From the IMG/VR virus record IMGVR_UViG_3300035701_000010, positions 33,657-97,656 of that record: a DNA stretch of 64,000 nt; one strand, written 5' to 3'. Both the position numbers and the translations under genes were made by a program. Positions 34,916 through 44,407 of the stretch are shown piece after piece. Position 1 is the stretch's first letter. The number at the start of each line of letters is the position of its first letter. The DNA is from a virus. The notes beneath the pieces were generated by a model. That model was not told the origin of the DNA and did no database searches. It saw only the letters and a program-made list of their open reading frames with translations.

Positions 34916-36452
34916 TGCGTTACCCCCCTTACTATGTAATTGTTAATGGCACTAATGCCCTACCCTATGCTATTGTTACACAACGCAACAATAATATATG
35001 TAGGTCATTTTCTGAATCCTCGAGATTTTTCTGGTCAATCTGGCCAGATCCTGAGTAAATCGGATAACCATCGGATAGCCCTAAAGGGGACGATCGCCAA
35101 ACTCTGAAGACCCTGAGTAAATCGATTAGACCCAAAGGAGGCATAGGGTTAGGACGGGCTGACCAAGGCTAGACGATGAAATCGACCAAGGGGGAGGCGA
35201 TAAGGCGTATAAGGGAGGTAAGGGGTTGAAGGAATCGGAAACGCAAAGGGGGAAAATCAAAAAGGGAACCCGAGAGGGTCACGAAGTTCCCCTGGGTCCC
35301 CAATAGGACGAGGGATAGAAATAGGCGGGAAAAATTTATCGAGGAGTTTTTCGGAAAAACACTGGATCAGTTTTCAATTCTTGAGCGGCTTCCTTCAATT
35401 GCTTCCTAAAACAGGCTTCGGGGGTTTTTCCATCTTTTGGAATGTTCCAGAAAGAAGGATAGCCCGTCTTTTCCCAAACCACCCAATCGATCAAGGCAGG
35501 GGTGGCTTTGGGAAAATATTCTCTTACGAGGCTTTGAATGGTGGGGCGTTTCTTTTTAGGACGCATCAGAAACTCCTTTTTGAATGGCTTCTTTGTCTAA
35601 GGTTCCCATTTCTCCACGAATAATCTTAAGACTGCCACAGTGTCCACAGAAATCTTCCCCTTTATTTCTTAAATCAAGACGAAGCTGTCCACACTGTTGA
35701 CAGAAGTATTCAGTGAGTTTCAATTCAACGAGTGGCTTCAATTCATTCATCACGCAACTCCTTTTTGGTTTAAAGTTTCTCGGCTAAAACCCATAGAAAC
35801 ATGAAGAAAAGGGCAATGACGATAAGGAGGGTGAGGTAGCAGGCGATTTCAGCTTCAATTGCAAACCCTCCAGTTTTTCTTGATTCTATTTTAATGATTT
35901 CAGCCCGCTTATTGTTATCTTTTTTGATAGGAATCATTTGGTCACCCAATTTGAAAAAAGGCACCAAGCCTTTTTCTTAGTCATGCAGTTCTTCCTCCAG
36001 CACAAAGGCATGGTCAGATTCGAATTGGTAGCCAAGAAAGAAGAGGTAGCCGTCGATCGTCTTTTCTTCAATGCCTTCAGGATGGGCCACATGCTCTTCC
36101 ATAAAGGTTTTGACATGAGCAATGGCGTTTTCAGGATCTTTGAAGAGTTTGATTTCTGGATCGGTATGTCGATCGTTACAATAAGCAATATAGACTTTCA
36201 TAGAAGACTCCTTTATTGGAGATAAATCGGGTTCATTTTTAGGAACTGGAGGAGGAAACGCAGAACCCCCTCCCCCTCCTCCCATCATCGTCACCATAAC
36301 AGCGGTGGTGCCTTCTCGAATCGTAATGGATTCACTAAAAGGCCGAATCTTTTTGGAAGCCCTCTTTTCCCTTATCTTGTCTCTAGCCCAAGAATAGACA
36401 AAGGCCGTAAGAAACGAAATGACTGGAACGAGCCATAAAAGATTTTGGTCCA

Positions 36453-36779
36453 TTATTTTCCCTTCCATTTGTCATCAATTTTCATCATGTCCAATTGATT
36501 CTTCTGGTACTCCGTTCGAACGTCTGCTGGCATCTTGATAGGATCTCTGGTATTGTATTTGGCTTCTAAAGCCCAATTGCGTTCTTGGAGTTTCTCACGT
36601 CTTCTAGAATCCAATTCTTGTTGAAAGGCAACGCCTTGTTGGTTCACCTGTTGTTGGAGTTGGGCAGCGGCTTCCGTGTGGAAAAATTCTTTGTGTCCCC
36701 ACGTGTCAATTCCGACTAGGGCTCCAGCAAGCAACATCGCTAATCCAATAGCAGAAGCAATTTGTTGAATTTTGCTCAT
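36453..36779 (-). CDS. Membrane-anchored coiled-coil protein
   Basis: N-terminal TM segment, Q-rich helix. Confidence 0.6.
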   Translation of the reverse strand: MSKIQQIASAIGLAMLLAGALVGIDTWGHKEFFHTEAAAQLQQQVNQQGVAFQQELDSRRREKLQERNWALEAKYNTRDPIKMPADVRTEYQKNQLDMMKIDDKWKGK

Positions 36780-36788
36780 GGGTTCCTC

Positions 36789-36998
36789 CTATTCATTTCT
36801 AGCAATGGAAGCGTTGGCCCACATGACGGCTTCTTCCAGTTTGGTCATCGCCACTGATTTTTCACGGCTGTCTGGACAATAGTCATCTATCAAAAGAGCG
36901 AGTCCTTTGGCAGCGGTTCGAAGATTTTCATACCGAGCGGCTTGGTCGTTTTTGGGAGGGTGATACGTAAACCGTTTGATTAGCTCTGCTGAATCCAT
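36789..36998 (-). CDS. Acb2/Tad1-like helical-hairpin protein (putative immune-signal sponge)
   Basis: FTYHPP..DQ..RYE.LR...CPDSREKSVAMTKLEEAVMWANASIAR resembles the Tad1/Acb2 hairpin. Confidence 0.55.
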   Translation of the reverse strand: MDSAELIKRFTYHPPKNDQAARYENLRTAAKGLALLIDDYCPDSREKSVAMTKLEEAVMWANASIARNE

Positions 36999-37737
36999 AG
37001 TTTTTTCTCCTTTGGGGTAATAGGGTTAAGGACTAGGAAAGACAATACTGACTTCTTTTCCAGAACGCAAAGCTTTAAAGATTGCAGAAGCAGGGTAGAT
37101 AGATTCTTTTTCGCAATAAAATTCTACTCCATGTTCTAAGCATTGGTAGATAAATTTGATAATAAAGAGATCTGAAAGCTTGGCGTCAATCATGGTTTTT
37201 TTGATCACGTTATATCACCTTCTTTCGTTTCCTTTTTTCTAAAAGATCTATGGAAAGAGTGTGTTGGCCATCCTTACTGGCTGAACATGGAAATTCGCCA
37301 TCACACGCCATGCAGTCTCCACAGTCTTCACAGAAGTCTTCTCCACAAATAAAATCATATATTTCTCCTTCTTCTGGAGCGGCTCCAAAAATTTTTCCTA
37401 GGAGCTCAATTGTTTTTTGGGTTGTTTCTTCCATGGTTTGAGTTCTCCTTTTACTTTGATGAATAGAGTAGGGTTCTTGCCATTAAATCGGACATGAGAA
37501 GGACTGGAATTGAGAATAGCCAGTTCGATTATTTTAAAAGAAACGATTTTGTGTCTAACTGGAAGAATAGTGCTGAGGGTATCCCCAAGTTTGAGATTTG
37601 AGGCGATGCGCTTAGGAAGAAATAGAAGAATCTTAGAAAAAGGAATGTCTTTGCTAAATTCCTTTTCCCCTTTGGTATATTCCATTGAGGCGATATATTT
37701 AGAGTTAATAAATTCCTTCATCTGGTCGCCCGTTAGA

Positions 37738-37773
37738 CAAAAAAAGCCGCTCGGCGTGCCCAACCGAGCGGCT
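37738..37773 (-). terminator. Intrinsic terminator
   Basis: GCCGCTCGG-N9-CCGAGCGGC-TTTTTTT. Confidence 0.8.
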
Positions 37774-37896
37774 TCCTCACCAAGAAAGGAGGAGTGACAA
37801 GGCATACCAAAGATTGCAACAACCCAACAACGAAGAACAAGAACCCATCTGCCCATAGTTACAATTTCCGTTATTCGGAATGCAAAAAAATTTTTT

Positions 37897-38112
37897 CTAG
37901 TAACGATCTTGGGCATTTTCATATTCCTCAATAAGTTCTTGGGCCTTTCTAAAGAGACGTGGATATTTTTCTTCAAACCATCCAGTTTCAGATAAAAATA
38001 TAAGATAGTCCGTTGGAACATCTTCAATATATTCCCCATTGTATTTTCCAAAGGACATGATGAGTTTGCCACTTTTCAATTTATTGATATTTGTCTTGCC
38101 TATCTTTACCAT
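37897..38112 (-). CDS. Small FGKY-motif protein (DUF3820/ExoX C-terminal-like)
   Basis: MSFGKYNGEYIEDVPTDYLIFL. Confidence 0.7.
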   Translation of the reverse strand: MVKIGKTNINKLKSGKLIMSFGKYNGEYIEDVPTDYLIFLSETGWFEEKYPRLFRKAQELIEEYENAQDRY

Positions 38113-39035
38113 TTTATGATCCTTTGCAGTTCTTCTATTTGAAATTTATTTCTCTCACGAAGTTTAACAAGTTGAAGTTTATTGGTGCCTTTGAGCAGGC
38201 TATAGGCTTCTATATACCCTAAGATTTGTTCGAATGACAATTTTATTTTTGGAACAAATAGTTCCACTTTGGGGGGAGGGACAATGGTCGTTAAAAATTT
38301 TGATTCACTTATAGAACCATCATTTTTTGCGTTGATTAATTTTTGGGCGAGGGTTGGCCTTAGCTGGTCTAAATTGAAATAGACATTTCTTACTGTTTTA
38401 TAATGCGATATAAGATCGGATGCTTTTTTGGGTCCAATTCCTTTGACGCCTTGAATATTATCACTGGCGCACCCCATGATAATTTTCATTGCAGAAAACT
38501 GTTTTGGCGTGACTCCAAATTCCTTTTTTAAATCTTCTATGGAAAAATAAGTCAGTTCTGACCGTTTTAGCTTGCTATTAAAAACAGTATTGATCAGTTG
38601 GACATTGTTATCCAACAAGGCGTAGCAATCTCTATCATTTGTGTAAAAATGAATTTCACGATTATTATCGATTCTGTTAATAATATATGAAGCTACGTCT
38701 TCTCCTTCGTACGTTTTGGCGTATAGGGAAGGAATATTTAAGTTATAAAGAATGCCCTTAATCATTTCTCTTTCATTAGCCAACGATGGAATATCCTTTT
38801 TCCTTTTTTCTTTATAAGTCTGAATTTTATCTTTTTTGTAATAAGGTGGAGTATCCCATACGCAGATAATTGTTTTATATCCGTAGTCCGTTAACGAGAT
38901 CAATTCTCTAATGAATCCAAATATTGCACTTGTGATGATCTCTTCTCCATCTCTAACTACAGATAAATGGTTTTTGGCGAATGCAAAATAGGATTTATAA
39001 GATAGATAGGACGAGTCAATAATTGATATAGCCAT
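38106..39035 (-). CDS. 5'-3' exonuclease / flap endonuclease (PolI N-terminal, T5 D15-like)
   Basis: IID, CVWD, YKEKR, YEGEDV, NDRD, GCASDNIQGVKGIGPKKA (H3TH). Confidence 0.92.
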   Translation of the reverse strand: MAISIIDSSYLSYKSYFAFAKNHLSVVRDGEEIITSAIFGFIRELISLTDYGYKTIICVWDTPPYYKKDKIQTYKEKRKKDIPSLANEREMIKGILYNLNIPSLYAKTYEGEDVASYIINRIDNNREIHFYTNDRDCYALLDNNVQLINTVFNSKLKRSELTYFSIEDLKKEFGVTPKQFSAMKIIMGCASDNIQGVKGIGPKKASDLISHYKTVRNVYFNLDQLRPTLAQKLINAKNDGSISESKFLTTIVPPPKVELFVPKIKLSFEQILGYIEAYSLLKGTNKLQLVKLRERNKFQIEELQRIIKW

Positions 39036-39320
39036 CTTTTGATTTTCTCCCTCTATTTAGTTAATGGTTTACTTTATATACCGGTCGCTGTACCTGAGGG
39101 TAAAAAATTTTTACTAATTTCTCCCACCATGTTACAGGTCAGAATTTTCTGTTAAGGCTGAAAATACTTGTTTCTTATTCCTATTCTTCAGGTATGCTTT
39201 TATATAACCTCCTTTTAGGTTCGGGTTATGCTCCATCCGATCTGTGTCGTGGGTAGGGCACATGATGGGAGTGGTTTCCGCCGACCGCTCCCATCATCTT
39301 ATAATTTCGAGGATTCGTTC

Positions 39321-39854
39321 ATGAAAAAAGATGGATTATCTCTGAGGCAAATAGAAGCGGCTGAACTGTTAGCTACAAGCAACAATACAGAAGTTGACAT
39401 TGCCGAAATGGTTGGAATTTCAATCAACACACTCAGAGCTTGGAAGAGCGACATTAAGTTTAAGGTGTATGTTTTCCAGCTTTTTGAACAGAGATTGGAG
39501 TATGAACGAAATACCAGAATTAAGAAGATGGCAAAATATCTTAGGCCGGTCTACAATGCGATAAGAAAGAAAATGGAAGATGCAACGGTTATAAGATCTT
39601 TAAGCTTAAGAGATCTTATGAAGATTATGGCTCAATTGCATTACGAGATTAGACAGGATAAGATTATTTTCAAGGGGGCTTCTGTAAGAGAAGAGAAAAA
39701 AGAAACTGGGAGAGTAGAGATAGAGGGTGGAGCCGAGGAAGACGGTAGTGAACTTGATGATATGGATGCGGTAGCCGAGGCTAAAAAGCTTTATCTTGCC
39801 GGAAGAAGAGCGGCAAGTAACAAAGTAGTTCCTATCCAACGTGCTAAGGAATGA
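39321..39854 (+). CDS. terS: Terminase small subunit (HTH)
   Basis: LSLRQIEAAELLA...IAEMVGISINTLRAWK HTH; overlaps TerL start; start reassigned to ATG 39321. Confidence 0.7.
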   Translation: MKKDGLSLRQIEAAELLATSNNTEVDIAEMVGISINTLRAWKSDIKFKVYVFQLFEQRLEYERNTRIKKMAKYLRPVYNAIRKKMEDATVIRSLSLRDLMKIMAQLHYEIRQDKIIFKGASVREEKKETGRVEIEGGAEEDGSELDDMDAVAEAKKLYLAGRRAASNKVVPIQRAKE

Positions 39855-41722
39855 AAATAAGAATTCAAAGAACACCAGTTGGGAAAAGGATAAAAAGAAC
39901 TCCAGCTTTAGGAATTAAGAGGACTCCTGTGAGTGGCCCTCTTCTTCTTATTAGGAAGAATCCAAAAGATGATCCTAAAGATTTTTCTAAAACGATGAAG
40001 GAGACTAGAGAAAGAGCTAAGAAATTCATTAAAGATATTTCAAGCGAAACAGGCTATATTGAACGATTAACGCAAACCAACTTAGAGCCTACCAAGTTAT
40101 ATTCCTACCAAGACAGATGGATGCGTGATAGAAGCAGATATCGCCATTGCGATAAAAGCAGGCAAATTGGAATGTCATATAATTTTGCTTGTGAAGGGTA
40201 CGCTAAGGCTCAACTGTTAGAAATCTATACGGGTCTATTTGTTTCAGTTAATCAAGAAGAAGCGAACAACAAAATTCAGTATGCTCGCGCCCTCAATGAA
40301 AGCACTCCTCATAAATATCGTAAAAAGTTGGCCGTTGATCGTGTAACCGCTTTGGAATGGGAAAGTAAAACAACTGATGGGCAAAGAGTTAGAACAAGGC
40401 TCATCAGTCACCCGCAGAGGGAACCTCGTGGAAAAGGATATAACACGGATGCCTTTCTAGATGAGTTTGCTCATTTTCAGTGGCCAGAAAAAATATATAT
40501 CGCGGCTGTTCCTATTATCACAAGAGGTTTTGGTCAACTTTCTCTTGCTTCTTCTCCTTTAGGCAAAGCTGGTCTTCATTATGAGATAGGTGCCAATAAG
40601 GACGCCTATTCAATGTATTCCAGACACAAGATTTTCTGGTGGGATAACCCAGATTTTTTAAACGAAGACGCTTTGAAATATGGTCTTGATGAAATAAGTA
40701 GATTGTCTATTGATATGGAAACATCGGACCGAGTACTAGAATTCGGTAACGATGCGATTCAGCAAGCCTATCACAGTATGCTTGAAGAGTATTTCCAACA
40801 AGAGTATGAGCTTAAAGCAATAGACGAGCAAGAATCATACTTTCCTATGGATCTCATTAAGCAATGTACTTTTGAAGCGCTTCGAGGTTTTGAAACTCTT
40901 GAGAATGGAGACATTTATGGAGATCATCCTGTTGTTGTAGATTCAATTTATCCTGGGATAGATTTCAAAATTTATGGGTCTCCTGAAAGCTTGTCTCATG
41001 CCATTTATACTGGAGCGGTGGGTAAACGACTTTTTGCCGGTTTTGATGTAGGAAGGAAAGAAGACAAGTCAGAAATCGTGATTTTGGAAGAAAAACCCAA
41101 TGAAACGTTCTTGCAAATTGTTCGCCTTTTCGTGACCATGAAGAGAACAGAGTTTCGAAAGCAGTTTGAGACAATAGAGAATTTGTTTAAAATTCTTCCA
41201 ATTTCAAAACTAAGGATAGATTCTACAGGCATGGGAAAGAATTTGGCTGAAGATTTGCAAAGAAGGTTTAGGAGCAGAATTGATGATATCAACTTTAATA
41301 ATGAAAATAAAGCAGGGTTGGCAACGAATCTGCGGCTTCGCATGGAAGATCGCAGCATTGCCTTCCCGAATGATAAGGACCTTATTCGGCAAATTCACAG
41401 CATTAAAAGAAAAATTACGGAAGGAGCCTTGGTAAAATTCGAAGCTGATCCTTCAGAAAGAAGAATGCATCATGGGGATAAGTTTTGGGCGCTTGCTCTT
41501 GCTTCTTCTGCTGGGGAAAAGGCTCAAATGTATCGGGTTAGACTTGTTTCTTCTGATGTCATATCGGCTATTAAAAATACAAGGCGAGTAGTTGAACTTC
41601 CACCAACAAGGGTCTTTAGAGCGAGCGGAATGGCTTTTGGAATGAATTATAAAAATTTTGGCTTGCCTCCTAATCATCAACAAGAATTTCAGAAACTAGG
41701 GGCTTTGATTTCTGGGGTATGA
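39851..41722 (+). CDS. terL: Terminase large subunit (Mu gp28-like)
   Basis: YQ, KSRQIGMS (Walker A), FLDEFAH (Walker B), SSPLG, GFDVGR.ED, IDSTGMG, HGDKFWALALA. Confidence 0.95.
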   Translation: MKIRIQRTPVGKRIKRTPALGIKRTPVSGPLLLIRKNPKDDPKDFSKTMKETRERAKKFIKDISSETGYIERLTQTNLEPTKLYSYQDRWMRDRSRYRHCDKSRQIGMSYNFACEGYAKAQLLEIYTGLFVSVNQEEANNKIQYARALNESTPHKYRKKLAVDRVTALEWESKTTDGQRVRTRLISHPQREPRGKGYNTDAFLDEFAHFQWPEKIYIAAVPIITRGFGQLSLASSPLGKAGLHYEIGANKDAYSMYSRHKIFWWDNPDFLNEDALKYGLDEISRLSIDMETSDRVLEFGNDAIQQAYHSMLEEYFQQEYELKAIDEQESYFPMDLIKQCTFEALRGFETLENGDIYGDHPVVVDSIYPGIDFKIYGSPESLSHAIYTGAVGKRLFAGFDVGRKEDKSEIVILEEKPNETFLQIVRLFVTMKRTEFRKQFETIENLFKILPISKLRIDSTGMGKNLAEDLQRRFRSRIDDINFNNENKAGLATNLRLRMEDRSIAFPNDKDLIRQIHSIKRKITEGALVKFEADPSERRMHHGDKFWALALASSAGEKAQMYRVRLVSSDVISAIKNTRRVVELPPTRVFRASGMAFGMNYKNFGLPPNHQQEFQKLGALISGV

Positions 41723-41723
41723 A

Positions 41724-43361
41724 ATGCAACAAAGCGTTAAAATCATAGATCCTAATTTTACAAAGTATTTTGATACTCAAAACTTTGACGAAGACATATA
41801 CGCAGAGCATGGGAGGAGAATGCTCAGTTTTCTTAAAAGTAGTGGAGTAGAAAAAGAAGTAAGAGATGATTTTCGAGTTTTCTTAGCCAAGAATGTGGAT
41901 GTGCTTAAAAAGACCAAAGATCTTTCAAAACTTAAACTTCCGCCAAATTATATGAAAGAGATGACTCGTCATGGTCATCCCTCTTTTGCTATGAGTTTTG
42001 GTGCTGAAACATTGGGCGTTTACAATCCAGATATTATACCTATCGATACCTACAACAGAATGAAGACTGACCCTCAAGTGGCCATTGGCATCTCCGTAAT
42101 TAAAATGCCCATAGAATCATTAAACTGGCATGTGGAATGCGACGACAAGGATATTAGGGAATTTGTTAAGGTTGCGTTAACGAAAGTTTGGCGTAAGCTT
42201 ATTCGGTCCATGCTGACGGCGGTTGATTACGGTTTTTGTAGTCACGAGGTTATCTGGGAATTACAAGAGATGATGGTCGTTTCTCAATTGCCTACTGGAA
42301 GAAGAAAAACTCACTTCAAAGGGCCTGCCGAAATTTTCAAAAAGATTAAAGCTCATTATCCAGCCACCATCAGAGTAAGAAAAGATGCGTTAACGGATGA
42401 GTTTTTAGGTATCGTCCAAATAGCCGCTGGAGGATCTCCTGTATCCTTAGATGCTGATAAATGTTTCTTTTTTGCTCTGAATGATGAGTTTGGAAATTAT
42501 TTCGGAACTAGTCGGCTTAAAGCGGCGTACAAGCCGTGGTATTGGAGAGAAGTTTTAACTCAGTTCATGCTCAGGTACTTTGAACGCAAAGGGGGACCGA
42601 CGACCGTTATTCAACATCCAACAGGCGGGGGTATTGACCGCGAGGGAAATGAATATGACAATTCTGAAATCGCTCTCAGAATAGGTCAAAACATCGTAGA
42701 AAATGGAGTGGTTACGGTTCCGTTTGAAGCGGATCGAGAAGGCAAAAATCAGTGGGGCGTGACTTATTTGCAAGATGACCGCCGTGGCGAAATGTTTGTA
42801 AACGCCCTTAACTATCTTGGCGCTCAAATTCTTCGTGGATTGTTAACGCCAGAAAGAGTTATGACACAGGATTTGTCCACAGGAAGCTTTAGCATGGCGC
42901 AATCTCACGCTGAAATATTTCTTTTGGCTGAAGAAGGGTTGGCGGCAGAGATGTGTGATGCGGTTAATCTTATTCTTGTTCCGCAATTGGTTCAATTTAA
43001 TTTTCCTGCTAATAAGATTATTCCATGTCAGGTTAAGATCGAAAAAATTCAATATGACAGAAGGAGGATTTTAAAAGAAATACTTATTGAGGTTTTAAGG
43101 AACATTAACACATTCATGAAGGGTGGCAAGATGCCTTTGATTTTGCCGAGTATTCAGGAGATGTCAGATATTTTAGGCGTTCCTCTTGTAGCGGCGGAAG
43201 AAGAGTATTACGATACTGGAGAAGTTGATCCGACAGCTGTTGGAACGGATGGCGTGGGCGGAAATCCAGCAAATCCACCAAAACCGAAAGGAAAAGAGGC
43301 TATTAAGCCTGAACCAAAGAAGGAAGTAAAAAGGGCACCTTTAAAAGTTGTTAAAAAATGA
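41724..43361 (+). CDS. Portal protein (DUF935/Mu gp29-like)
   Basis: Follows TerL; AVDYGF...E..W, GNYFGTS.L...YKPW, GSFSMAQSH, LVPQLVQFNF motifs. Confidence 0.88.
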   Translation: MQQSVKIIDPNFTKYFDTQNFDEDIYAEHGRRMLSFLKSSGVEKEVRDDFRVFLAKNVDVLKKTKDLSKLKLPPNYMKEMTRHGHPSFAMSFGAETLGVYNPDIIPIDTYNRMKTDPQVAIGISVIKMPIESLNWHVECDDKDIREFVKVALTKVWRKLIRSMLTAVDYGFCSHEVIWELQEMMVVSQLPTGRRKTHFKGPAEIFKKIKAHYPATIRVRKDALTDEFLGIVQIAAGGSPVSLDADKCFFFALNDEFGNYFGTSRLKAAYKPWYWREVLTQFMLRYFERKGGPTTVIQHPTGGGIDREGNEYDNSEIALRIGQNIVENGVVTVPFEADREGKNQWGVTYLQDDRRGEMFVNALNYLGAQILRGLLTPERVMTQDLSTGSFSMAQSHAEIFLLAEEGLAAEMCDAVNLILVPQLVQFNFPANKIIPCQVKIEKIQYDRRRILKEILIEVLRNINTFMKGGKMPLILPSIQEMSDILGVPLVAAEEEYYDTGEVDPTAVGTDGVGGNPANPPKPKGKEAIKPEPKKEVKRAPLKVVKK

Positions 43362-43378
43362 AAACGGAGGTATGAAAC

Positions 43379-43717
43379 ATGGCGATTAATGTTAAGACGA
43401 ATCCCCCATTGTTGAGAGATTTGCGGCAAATGGGGCTTCTGTCGGCAGATGCTGTGCCAGCACTTTCTGGTCCATTCAGATTGTACACGCAAGCATTCAA
43501 GGGTGGTGGTTCTGCAGTTCCAATTCATTTGACATACGCTATGGTCCCAGGAGGTCAAGTGGCTGCGCTCTATATTAAAACGGATGGAACCGCTGCTCAT
43601 TATTTCTCAAATTTGGCTTATCCGGCCAAATACACCGTAAGTGCTGATGGGACAGCTTTTCTACAAACCACTTGGCTTGGTTCAAACAACGAGATCCTTT
43701 TCACTTATGCGTATTAG
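43379..43717 (+). CDS. Hypothetical virion-associated protein
   Basis: RBS GGAGGT; lies in the head module. Confidence 0.65.
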   Translation: MAINVKTNPPLLRDLRQMGLLSADAVPALSGPFRLYTQAFKGGGSAVPIHLTYAMVPGGQVAALYIKTDGTAAHYFSNLAYPAKYTVSADGTAFLQTTWLGSNNEILFTYAY

Positions 43718-43733
43718 TGGGATTGGAGGAACT

Positions 43734-44393
43734 ATGGACTTTAGTTTTTCTAAGTTCTTAGAGGGTACGGAAACAGCGGTTCAGATTCCTGCGATCACCA
43801 CGGCAACGGGAAAAGACCACAACGATGTTCATTATCTTTATCGACTGAGGAAAGCGACTGGCCTTTTGGTTGGCGAAGAGAACATGAAAGGGTATAGTGC
43901 TTCACAACTTCAGGTGATGCATGTGGCAATTGTGAGAGGACTTATTGCTAGTGGGATCAATCATTGGTTTGACACTTATGACAGCGATTTGGATGAAAGT
44001 CTTCCAATGGATTTAAAATTGGTCAGCAGCGGCTTTGATCCTCCTAAAGATGAGAGCATTTTTGGGTTGGAAGAAGATGAAATGGCGATCCGGGCAATCT
44101 TGGAGGATAATGATTTGTTGTATTTTTGGACTGCTCCTACAGCAAGAGCCAAAGTACCGGCAAATCATTTTCTTGATCAAAAAAACAAGAAATATCCTTA
44201 CAAGGACTCTAAAGGATCGGTCAACTGTGGTGGGCTAATGGCAGCTTACAAAGCGGCTAGAGGGGCAAGAGGAGCTCCGAAGCGTCCAGAAGTTGCCGCA
44301 AAAGCCAAACGGCTTCTTACTGCCCATTGCGGGAAGTCGGTGAAGGAAAAAAAGGCTTCAGAATCGGTTTATGGAAAACTTGTAAGACTTTGA
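43734..44393 (+). CDS. Hypothetical head-module protein
   Basis: Start at ATG 43734 (RBS GGAGG); C-terminal KYPYKD..G.VN..GL.AA domain of a type seen in head proteins. Confidence 0.6.
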   Translation: MDFSFSKFLEGTETAVQIPAITTATGKDHNDVHYLYRLRKATGLLVGEENMKGYSASQLQVMHVAIVRGLIASGINHWFDTYDSDLDESLPMDLKLVSSGFDPPKDESIFGLEEDEMAIRAILEDNDLLYFWTAPTARAKVPANHFLDQKNKKYPYKDSKGSVNCGGLMAAYKAARGARGAPKRPEVAAKAKRLLTAHCGKSVKEKKASESVYGKLVRL

Positions 44394-44407
44394 TTTGAGG
44401 TGGAGGT

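Larger units (their letters stand above)
34088..35005. other. 918-bp island devoid of GA and TC dinucleotides
   Basis: Line-by-line inspection: last TC at 34087-34088, next TC at 35005-35006, no GA or TC in between. Confidence 0.95.

Noticed and set aside
34088-35005. Explaining the island by low complexity, AT-richness or an mRNA-only toxin
   Set aside because: The sequence is complex and contains AG, CT, GG, CC and CG. Depletion is on both strands and in non-coding parts, which an mRNA-only pressure would not require.
37722-38072. N-terminal half of the 224-aa ORF 37398-38072
   Set aside because: It overlaps the FGKY gene and runs through a terminator; the real gene probably starts near 37721 (MKEFINSK).
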